Below the pieces are notes generated by a model. That model worked only from the letters and a program-made list of their open reading frames with translations, was not told the origin of the DNA and made no database searches. Both the position numbers and the translations under genes were made by a program. A stretch of 64,000 bases of DNA, from IMG/VR virus record IMGVR_UViG_3300045938_000231, positions 5,423 through 69,422 of that record; one strand, 5' to 3'. This document shows positions 8,633-16,904 of this stretch, in pieces. The DNA is from a virus. Taxonomy: Duplodnaviria > Caudoviricetes. How positions within the stretch are numbered: the stretch's first letter is position 1; each line of letters begins with the position of its first letter.

Positions 8633-8995
8633 TTACGGGGTTGCTTGTTTGAAAAAACGCTTTTTAATTTCGTCAATTAAAAAGAGAATAAATTCTTTCC
8701 AGTCCATATCCCGAATCTCATGCGCTCGTTTCAGCATGATTTCGACGATAACCGAGTAGGCGATCGGTGCCCCCAAGGCAATCCACCAGGCGTTTCTCAT
8801 CTCCCAGCCAGTCAGCCAAAGAGAAATACCCGTGAGCACGGCTCCCACGATCAGCGCGAAATAGAATTCTTTCGCAGCTGACAACACTGAGATCGTCTCG
8901 TCCCGCGTCAACCGGGCCAGTGCCCCGCAAAACAGGCACATGCCGATCAGTACGTCCGACGGTATCGATCTCCATAAATTATAGGCTTCTTTCAC
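8633..8995 (-). CDS. Putative holin
   Basis: 120 aa, three TM segments, highly charged C-terminus, upstream of the endolysin. Confidence 0.65.
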   Translation of the reverse strand: MKEAYNLWRSIPSDVLIGMCLFCGALARLTRDETISVLSAAKEFYFALIVGAVLTGISLWLTGWEMRNAWWIALGAPIAYSVIVEIMLKRAHEIRDMDWKEFILFLIDEIKKRFFKQATP

Positions 8996-9071
8996 GCGAG
9001 TATTGAAAAGAGGTTAGTAGTTGATTGATTACAGAAAAAGACTCCTTATTCGCTGGTAGGTCTATCCTGTG

Positions 9072-12000
9072 TTAGTAGCTCGTTGGCGGGGTGAAATTGC
9101 CGTCGTATCGAGCCGTCCCCTTCGTGATCCGGATACCCTGCACATAGCCCTTGAATTTTTCCTGCTCGGGACTACCCGCGGTGTTCGGTGTCGGGAATGC
9201 ACCGATGTTGATCCGCTTGCTGGTGTTCATCGTTTCCATCGATAAGGTTGTGTTGCCGGTTCCGACGACATTACCATTTACATAGACTTTGACGACGTTT
9301 GACTTCCGCACCAGCGCGACGTGCTGCCAGGCGTTGAGCGTAAGCCCCGACGAACTACCCGCGATCGGACCGTTACCATAGCTACCGTTCTGCCGAATGA
9401 ATAGATCAGGAGATGTGCTGCTCCCATTATAGGAGAACGTCCACTGGTTATCCGTCTCGTCACCTCTACTGATCAGACCCCCGTATTGACGAACCAGCTC
9501 TGTCGGCCGCGCGAACAATTCGACAGTGAAGTCACCCGTACCGAAATCGAAGTCGCTACTCGTTGGGATCGTCAGGAAGCTATTACCATCGAAGTAGATC
9601 GACGAACCGCCGAACTGGCTCTGTGCGGTCGAGATAACCGGGTTACCTACCCGCGAAATCGTCTTGCCAGTCGCGTCGGTAATGTTCGTGCTGCCGTCAC
9701 TGCCCGTTCCGGCAATCATCAGCACCGTACCAGCGGTGACTGTTCCCGTACTGGGGGCCGTCGTGGTCGAGCTTGGCGGGGTGGTTGTCGTACCACTCAG
9801 CAGGAAGGCAATCGACTGAGGATTGAAGCCCGTCACCAGCAGAGGTGCTACTTTACCAGCAATGAAATTGCCGATCTTGATATAACCAGCATCGTCCGTA
9901 TGGGTCTTGTCCGGGTAGGTCAGATCGGGTATCGTATTTAGATCAGCGAATACATCGGCAAACTCCAGATAATGCAGTTTGAGGTAGTCATTGACTACCG
10001 CCCGGCGTGATGCGAATTCAGCAATCGACATGCCCGATCCAAAAAAGGATTCACGGGGCAGTACTGGCGTGGCGACCACTAAAAATCCTTTGGCCCGACG
10101 CGCTTTGCAGTATGCGACGTACGAATCAATGGCCTGTTGAGCCGTCGCCCCTCCGTCCGCAATGTGGTTTGTGATCTCACCCGCGACGATAATCTGCCGG
10201 TCGAAGAGTGCCGGATTGAACTGCGCATCAACCTGACCGGAATTGGCGATCATCGTAGGCGTCTGCCGACCCGATACCGAGAAATTCTTTTTGGCAAACG
10301 TGGCCGATGGGAACTGCGCGGCCAGCGTGTTCATCATCGTATACGGGAACGGACCCGGCGAATAGTCGTCCGGATTCGAGATCTCGTGTGAACTACCACG
10401 ACCGGCCCCCAGGCTGTTGAAATCGACAATGATCAGCGCCGATCCGGCGTAAGAAGGCGAGTAGCTGCCGCCTGTCGTAGCTACCGGTACGGTCGTCATT
10501 ATCTTGCCATCGGGAAATTCAATTCCCTGACTCACTTTCAAGCGTGGGCCAACAGTAACGGTCGGCCCACCTCCGTACGACTGTATGCTGTTGACAGACG
10601 TAGTAGGGGCGGCTAGTTGATTTGAGTAGACTTCATCGGCCGTAACACGCCCACCAGCCTCCGTAACGACTGACTTTACGATCAGCGTCCGGTCAGCTTC
10701 CCAGCGAAAGGGATATTGATTCTCACTACCCGCCCCCTGATCGCCTTTCCGGGCTGTGATCGCCTGAATTTTGTTTACACGCAAACCATTACTTGTGCCG
10801 TTGCCCACTACCTCAAACGTAAGACGTAGGTAGTTCGCTTCCCCGATTGGTGGCACGGCAACAATCATCGTTTCCGCCGAGTTTGTGGTCGAGCCTACGC
10901 CCTTTTGTGTCCACGCACTACCATCGACACTGGTTTCTACCTTGACGTTATACGTGTGTCCATTGCCCGTATAGTTAATGCCAATGACAATGTTTTCAAC
11001 CAGCGAATAGTTGATGGTTCCGTTGTGCCACGTGTAACGAGCCCCGTCCATTGTATTATCGTTTTCCGCGACTAATACCTGGGAGATATTTTCCTTGTTG
11101 GTGAACGGGGTCAATGGCGCTGGCTTGTCAACCCAGCTCCCACTAATACGCTGCTCAAACGTGGGGTTTCCGGTGTGGTAGCCGAAGGCAAGAATATCGT
11201 GCCAGTACTCGAACGACTCCGGGCGTTTCGCAATATCCTTTACGGTTTGCGTGGCGATGCCTGGATTCGGGTAATTGCCCGATAACGAGCCACCAGCTGC
11301 GCCGGATGGCGGCGATGATCCCGCCCCCAGCAGCGTACCATTGGCCTTCACGCCCGACTGGGTAATCTCAAAATTCGGCGGGGTAGTCCCTGAATCGTAG
11401 ACCTTCGTGCCGGTAGGTGTTGCGGTTTGGATCGTCAGAGCCGGTACACCTGTCGCCTGCGTTAGCTGCCGGTAATCAACGCCCACCTGAGCGAACGTGC
11501 CGACTGATGCGTAGAAGATTGTCGAGTTGTCCGTTTGCCGATAGGCGACCACTGAGCCAGGGGATGAATTATCGCCCTGGCTGATCAGGTTTACGACCAG
11601 ACCTTCCCGCTGCCCCACGCGCAGGGTATAGTGCTTTTTCGAGTTGCCTGCCCAGCCGCCGAGCGTAACACCAACCACCGCATTATCGAGCGAACCGCCC
11701 GACGTCGGCGGCAGCGTCAGGAAGGGCACGAAACCCCCGCTACCCGTCGTGACCAGGTTCAAATCCTGCCGGTAGCCCATGTCAATAGGTGACCCGTCAA
11801 TCCGGTAGTTACCAGCAAAACGCAGGGTATAGCCAATCCGCTGCGGGTTCACTAGATCACCCGTGTAGTTGACGATTGGCCCGGCCGTTTCGTTGTTGGT
11901 GAACATGCTGCCCGATGAGGTCAGCGTATTCTCGAACGAAAACGGATCATCCCACATACCACCCGTAAAGCCGTACGCATGGTTTCCTGCGACCCGAGCC

Positions 12001-14087
12001 CCGGTTGCTGGCTCTGAGTTTGACCGCCACGTAATGCGGATCTCGTTGGCGCCGGTTCCCGTTCCTACGTAGTTAAAGATATTCCCCTCAATAACTGCGT
12101 TCTTACCGCCTTGCACCCACAGGCCAGCCCCGCCGTTGGTTGTAAACGTACAGGCCCGAATCTGCGACCCTAGTACGTCCACCATCTGCGAGTAACCCCC
12201 TGTGATCTTGACGTTATTGAACTGAAGATCTTCGTTCCAGCTTGGCGAACCGTTTTTTGGATCGACCGCACCGTCCGTTGAGATCGGATTGATTGACCAG
12301 TGCGTCGTAATCGAGCCGCCGTTGATGGCGATATGTTTGTTCTTATTGGTCTTGCCGTTATTGTTCGCAAAACCCTTATAACCGGGGCCGTACCCCTGTT
12401 CCTGTATAATCTCAACTACGTTAAAGTTGTCATTCTCACAGCCGTTATAGACCGCAATCCCGCCGTGAATACCGTTCTTACCGTAGACGTTCGAAAACGT
12501 ACTGTTGAACGTTTCCTCAAAGTCAAATAACAGATCGCCAAAGAACTCCGCCGACAGGGCCGTACACGTCCAGCCACGCGCTTTGTTAACCCAGAAGCCC
12601 GCACCGGTACCATTACGAACCTTCGTATTGGTGATGCTCCATCGTTCGCAGTACCGGGTATTGTCACCCCAGCCCTGAATACCATGCGTGCCCCCGTCAT
12701 GTCGGTAATTGTCGATCGTTACGTCCGACGTGGTAATAATGTGCAGACCCCGATCGTCACCGCCGAACGTGTTTACGTCCCGAATGGTAACCCCACCATC
12801 AACGTGCTGCATCCGGATGTTATCACCAGACATATTGAAGACAGTAATACCCTCAATAGCCGCTCCGCCCACGGTGTTGGCCGCGAAAATGCCGTAGCCC
12901 TGCGAGCGGTTAGCCTTGTTGCCATCGATGCGACCCCGCCCACCTAAAGCGGCACCATCACCCAGTTCAAGACCGGCGTATTCCAGGCCGTACGAACTGA
13001 TTTGCGCGCTTGACAGCGGTAGATATTTGACCGTTGCCCCCAGCGAGATAATGAGCCGTTTGTAAGCCGGTACCAGTACCCTGCTGATTGAGTAGGTCCG
13101 ACCGGGCGGCAGAATGATTTCAGGAGCCGACGAGTTGAGCGCGGCCATGATCGAAGGCGCATCATCGGCTCCCGTCCCGAGGTTACCGAATCGGGTGGCT
13201 TCCAATGGCCCAGTGTAATAGTATTTGTAGCGTTTACCAGATGATACTACGCAGGTAGCCCCGCCATCGTCGGGCGTGGTCGTATCGCTCGGATCATAGT
13301 AGAACGTGCCCCGCTTCCCGGCATCGGTCAGGTTGACGTACTGCGCGATCGTGCCAGTGGCCCGCAGTTGAGCCGCACTCAGAATGTCGGTCTTCAGGAG
13401 CAGCTGCAGCGCTACGTCGGAGGCCACGGCCGCGCCGATTGAACCGGGCGTAATCGTTGCACTCTCGACTTTGGTGGCCCGACCTTTGGTGTCGAACGTC
13501 GGGATCGGGATAACGTTGGAAGCCCCGACCCGCCCGGGGTTAGGGTTCACATCGGCCAGGGTAACCGAGCCGGGAGCCGTGACCCGCAGGGTACCATCCG
13601 AATCGATCTGCACATTTTCTGAGCCTTTAACCAAACCCGGCGTTGTGGCGGAGCCAATGGGTGGGGTGTAGCCTTTACCTAAATATAGACCGTCCGCGTC
13701 CACTCTACGTAGCCGCTCATTGATGGCATTATTTAGCCCTAGAACGCTCTGATTCGTCGCACTCTGTAGTGAGTTGATTGAGTTGGCGTACTGGAGAAAC
13801 TTATACTGAAGGCCAGTAACGCCGTTTGTGTCAGGTTTGTAGCTGTTGGGCTTATACAGCTGATTAGTCTGCTGGAGCGTCGGACGCTTTGCCAGCGAAT
13901 CAGCCAGGCCTGGAACAGATCCGCCCGCACTACCAATAGCATTCTTCAGACTATCTAGCGTTTTGTTCAGTCCCGACACGTTGGCCTTGGGAACGATCGT
14001 AAATACGGTCGGCTTAGGTGTTCCCTGCCCAAACCCCTGCGTGATAATTGACGTGGCCAGTAGCCAAAGAATTAAGAAACGTTTCAT
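9072..14087 (-). CDS. Tailspike/fibre-like multidomain protein with signal peptide (beta-helix, SGNH-like hydrolase, LamG)
   Basis: MKRFLILWLLATSIITQGFGQ signal peptide; SATTPGLVKG fibre motif; DDAPSIMAALNS...IILPPGRTY beta-helix start; FNSLG / GEITNH / DKTH SGNH blocks; C-terminal LamG ending RITKGTARYDGNFTPP. Confidence 0.8.
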   Translation of the reverse strand: MKRFLILWLLATSIITQGFGQGTPKPTVFTIVPKANVSGLNKTLDSLKNAIGSAGGSVPGLADSLAKRPTLQQTNQLYKPNSYKPDTNGVTGLQYKFLQYANSINSLQSATNQSVLGLNNAINERLRRVDADGLYLGKGYTPPIGSATTPGLVKGSENVQIDSDGTLRVTAPGSVTLADVNPNPGRVGASNVIPIPTFDTKGRATKVESATITPGSIGAAVASDVALQLLLKTDILSAAQLRATGTIAQYVNLTDAGKRGTFYYDPSDTTTPDDGGATCVVSSGKRYKYYYTGPLEATRFGNLGTGADDAPSIMAALNSSAPEIILPPGRTYSISRVLVPAYKRLIISLGATVKYLPLSSAQISSYGLEYAGLELGDGAALGGRGRIDGNKANRSQGYGIFAANTVGGAAIEGITVFNMSGDNIRMQHVDGGVTIRDVNTFGGDDRGLHIITTSDVTIDNYRHDGGTHGIQGWGDNTRYCERWSITNTKVRNGTGAGFWVNKARGWTCTALSAEFFGDLLFDFEETFNSTFSNVYGKNGIHGGIAVYNGCENDNFNVVEIIQEQGYGPGYKGFANNNGKTNKNKHIAINGGSITTHWSINPISTDGAVDPKNGSPSWNEDLQFNNVKITGGYSQMVDVLGSQIRACTFTTNGGAGLWVQGGKNAVIEGNIFNYVGTGTGANEIRITWRSNSEPATGARVAGNHAYGFTGGMWDDPFSFENTLTSSGSMFTNNETAGPIVNYTGDLVNPQRIGYTLRFAGNYRIDGSPIDMGYRQDLNLVTTGSGGFVPFLTLPPTSGGSLDNAVVGVTLGGWAGNSKKHYTLRVGQREGLVVNLISQGDNSSPGSVVAYRQTDNSTIFYASVGTFAQVGVDYRQLTQATGVPALTIQTATPTGTKVYDSGTTPPNFEITQSGVKANGTLLGAGSSPPSGAAGGSLSGNYPNPGIATQTVKDIAKRPESFEYWHDILAFGYHTGNPTFEQRISGSWVDKPAPLTPFTNKENISQVLVAENDNTMDGARYTWHNGTINYSLVENIVIGINYTGNGHTYNVKVETSVDGSAWTQKGVGSTTNSAETMIVAVPPIGEANYLRLTFEVVGNGTSNGLRVNKIQAITARKGDQGAGSENQYPFRWEADRTLIVKSVVTEAGGRVTADEVYSNQLAAPTTSVNSIQSYGGGPTVTVGPRLKVSQGIEFPDGKIMTTVPVATTGGSYSPSYAGSALIIVDFNSLGAGRGSSHEISNPDDYSPGPFPYTMMNTLAAQFPSATFAKKNFSVSGRQTPTMIANSGQVDAQFNPALFDRQIIVAGEITNHIADGGATAQQAIDSYVAYCKARRAKGFLVVATPVLPRESFFGSGMSIAEFASRRAVVNDYLKLHYLEFADVFADLNTIPDLTYPDKTHTDDAGYIKIGNFIAGKVAPLLVTGFNPQSIAFLLSGTTTTPPSSTTTAPSTGTVTAGTVLMIAGTGSDGSTNITDATGKTISRVGNPVISTAQSQFGGSSIYFDGNSFLTIPTSSDFDFGTGDFTVELFARPTELVRQYGGLISRGDETDNQWTFSYNGSSTSPDLFIRQNGSYGNGPIAGSSSGLTLNAWQHVALVRKSNVVKVYVNGNVVGTGNTTLSMETMNTSKRINIGAFPTPNTAGSPEQEKFKGYVQGIRITKGTARYDGNFTPPTSY

Positions 14088-14101
14088 TGAGTACGGATTG
14101 A

Positions 14102-16033
14102 TTAATTAACACGGCCAGCATAACCAGCTTTTTCCCAAGAGGCCTGAGTATTGAATACAGCCTGATAGGTTTGATTCGAGTCCTGATTCGACACCGCGAA
14201 CTCGTACACCTGCGCTGAAGGCCCACGAAGCTTGACCCGAAAACTATTACCGTTGAATAGGCCCGGCACCCGGATTATGTCCGTCCGCTCTTGTCCCCAC
14301 CCCTGATTCATGCCGCCCATGATCAGCACGCGCCAGCCGCTGCCTGTCTGCTGGTAGCGCAGGCTGTAGGCCGGGCGCTGAGTCCCGAAAACGCCTGAGT
14401 CGTAATTGTAGGCCTGCGCCCCGTCGTAGCTCTGAAAATCCCCCTGCTCGTTTACTTTGACTTCAGGATCCTGGACTAATGTTGAGTTGTCGAAAAACAC
14501 CTCGTAGGGCTGCAGATCGGCCCGGGCCTGAAAAAGCGACGTAATCGAATGATAGACCTGGTTATAGCCTGGCTCCGAGTCGGGATTGAATTTGGCCGGT
14601 GCGTTGAACAGGTAGAATCCCGAGTTCGGCGTACCGCCCTCCAAAAAGCGGTGGGTCATGTAATACGAGTACATTTCGTAGGGCGGAATCCAGGGCTTTG
14701 GCATATCGTCGCAGTTCGAGCCGCCGTCGCCAAAATCGAGACAGCCCGTACCGAAACTGCCGGGCACCCGCGCTGACTCCTGCCGAAGTTGGCCATTGAC
14801 TAACGCAAAAGCGCCTTCGAACATAGGTTCGCGCATACACAATGTGCCGCGAATGCCTTCGCCCCGGTTAATCATTCTATATCTATTTGCCTGCCAGTGC
14901 CCCTTCTGATCGGCCACGACGTGGCGCGGGGTCATTAGGCCCCAGAACTCTGGGTACGTACGAACGGTCTGGTTCACAAATACCGCTTGCAGTGCCGATT
15001 CACTCAGCTCGTAATAGAAGCGGTAATAGTAATCCAACATGAAGTTTTCCCGGCCGTAGAAACTGCCCTTGAGGTTGTACTGCCGGCCGTTGATCGTGAT
15101 GTTGCCGTTGCCGTCGCCCCCGATTTTCGAGACGTCTGCGTTGCCGTCATTGAATGCCTGAGTCGAATAGACTTGGCTCATGCGGGGCTCCGCCTGGTAC
15201 ATCGATGCGCCGTACGCGATACGGCCCGCTGCCGGCGATCGCTGCTTGGCCATAGTCAGAATCAGGCTTAACCGGTTTGACCGCCGGATACTTTTTTCGG
15301 CCTCCCAGCTACCCACTCCTCTGGCGGCCAGCTGGCCAATGGTGATCGTTTCCCCGGTACTCTCCAGCTGGATCGATTTGTTTTGGGAGGATTCCCAGCT
15401 GGGGGAGTGAGCGGTGCCGTAACTGCCGTAGGGATAGCCGGGCAACGGACTCGATGCGTTGCCCGGATACCACTCGTTGCTGGTCTCGATATTGGGTACC
15501 CACCAGCCCCAGCTGGCTCCCTCTATCGTGCCCTGCCAGAAAGCCTCCATCGTCGACAGACTCGCTTCGTAGAAACCGGTGCCTTCGTAGGGGCCGTTGA
15601 TGCCTCCATCGAAGGCCATGATCATCCCCTCCCCGAACTGGAGAGCCGATCTGAATTCGCCATCCAGCAGCGAACGCGTCGAAAACAGGGTTTCGCCCCT
15701 GGCACGGCGTTGAGCGACCGGCAGATTGAAATTGAAATCAATCCCGAACCGATAGTTAGGGCTGAAGTATTTACCGGTACCGAACTGCGTCAGATTCAGT
15801 TGTCGTTTGTCCTCCAGCGCGTACGGGATCAGCACCCGGCCCCCGTTCCGAGCGCGGGTCGCGTCGCTCGGCAGACTGGACACGACAACATCGAAGACCC
15901 CGGAACCGGGTACCGATTCTTTCCGGACAACCTGCGTGCCGTCGCTTCGCTTGGTCGCCTTGTAACTAACCTGTTGCGGGGAACCAAGCAACGGCAACAG
16001 GAGCCCAACTAAGAGCAGGATTCTGGTTTTCAT
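14102..16033 (-). CDS. Hypothetical protein with signal peptide; aromatic-rich, possibly carbohydrate-active
   Basis: MKTRILLLVGLLLPLLGSPQQ N-terminus; 643 aa rich in W/Y/G. Confidence 0.75.
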   Translation of the reverse strand: MKTRILLLVGLLLPLLGSPQQVSYKATKRSDGTQVVRKESVPGSGVFDVVVSSLPSDATRARNGGRVLIPYALEDKRQLNLTQFGTGKYFSPNYRFGIDFNFNLPVAQRRARGETLFSTRSLLDGEFRSALQFGEGMIMAFDGGINGPYEGTGFYEASLSTMEAFWQGTIEGASWGWWVPNIETSNEWYPGNASSPLPGYPYGSYGTAHSPSWESSQNKSIQLESTGETITIGQLAARGVGSWEAEKSIRRSNRLSLILTMAKQRSPAAGRIAYGASMYQAEPRMSQVYSTQAFNDGNADVSKIGGDGNGNITINGRQYNLKGSFYGRENFMLDYYYRFYYELSESALQAVFVNQTVRTYPEFWGLMTPRHVVADQKGHWQANRYRMINRGEGIRGTLCMREPMFEGAFALVNGQLRQESARVPGSFGTGCLDFGDGGSNCDDMPKPWIPPYEMYSYYMTHRFLEGGTPNSGFYLFNAPAKFNPDSEPGYNQVYHSITSLFQARADLQPYEVFFDNSTLVQDPEVKVNEQGDFQSYDGAQAYNYDSGVFGTQRPAYSLRYQQTGSGWRVLIMGGMNQGWGQERTDIIRVPGLFNGNSFRVKLRGPSAQVYEFAVSNQDSNQTYQAVFNTQASWEKAGYAGRVN

Positions 16034-16035
16034 AA

Positions 16036-16602
16036 TTAATTAGATTTTGTCGTTAGAAAATGAGCCTCAGTTTCTCCCGCCTGATCACCCTGATCGACAG
16101 TCGGCGTGAGTTCTTCGACCGGTTTTGTGTCAGGTCTGACCGGTTCCGTTACTGGCAAATCGAGCAGGTAAATCGGCCCGGGGAATGCCGTCGTGAAAGG
16201 CACAATCCCCCAGGCACCGTCACCCGATGGCCCAGGAAACCAGCCCCAGCCCGGGGGCAATGTGAAGCGACCAGGCACGGCCCAATTTCCGAAGGGGTTT
16301 GGGTTTGTCGGCGTCGGACGTGGCCAGAGTACCTCATCGATCAGTTCGTAATACACGTCCTGACCTTTTCCCCGAAACAGGTTCGGCTTTTTGGGGTCAA
16401 CCAGGCCGCCCAGCAGATCAGCCCGGGTAATGGGCGATAAGACGGGTTCAGGTTTAGCCGGGTCTGGCCCCACCGGGTCTGGCCTGACCGGGTCCGTTAC
16501 CGGTGGGGCAGTAGATTCCACGACTTCCGAAATGATACCAAGCGCCAGCAGCGGCCCGGGATTGATGCGGTAGGTCTTTCCACCGAGTTTGAAGGTTTCC
16601 AT
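16036..16602 (-). CDS. Proline-rich hypothetical tail-region protein
   Basis: 188 aa, PDPVGPDP linker, C-terminal DQAGETEAHFLT. Confidence 0.7.
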   Translation of the reverse strand: METFKLGGKTYRINPGPLLALGIISEVVESTAPPVTDPVRPDPVGPDPAKPEPVLSPITRADLLGGLVDPKKPNLFRGKGQDVYYELIDEVLWPRPTPTNPNPFGNWAVPGRFTLPPGWGWFPGPSGDGAWGIVPFTTAFPGPIYLLDLPVTEPVRPDTKPVEELTPTVDQGDQAGETEAHFLTTKSN

Positions 16603-16904
16603 TATTGAGAACCGGTTAAAAATTGGGTTTCGCTTTCGCCCGACTGATCAGACGGGTCTGAGATTGTAGGATTTGTGGGGTTTGTGGGGGTGGTAGGATT
16701 CGTCGGCGTGATTACCGAGTCGGCACCGACCAGGTACCACTCCTCATCGCCTGGCAGGGCCGGGAGCGTGGAAACGACCCGGCTCCCTGCCGTTTTATCG
16801 GCGGCTTTTACTTCGGCCTGCGCGGAGGACACACTGGAGCCTTCCGTTACGGGGTAAAAGCCATTGGTCCCAGCGCTGCCGGTCACGCGTAAGTAGTCGC
16901 TCAT
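16602..16904 (-). CDS. Small tail-region protein with PTN repeats
   Basis: 100 aa, TPTNPTTPTNPTNPT linker, C-terminal DQSGESETQFLT; overlaps both neighbours. Confidence 0.7.
   Translation of the reverse strand: MSDYLRVTGSAGTNGFYPVTEGSSVSSAQAEVKAADKTAGSRVVSTLPALPGDEEWYLVGADSVITPTNPTTPTNPTNPTISDPSDQSGESETQFLTGSQ

Noticed and set aside
16665-16709. 9-bp tandem repeat as a DNA element
   Set aside because: Degenerate at third positions; it encodes a PTN linker.
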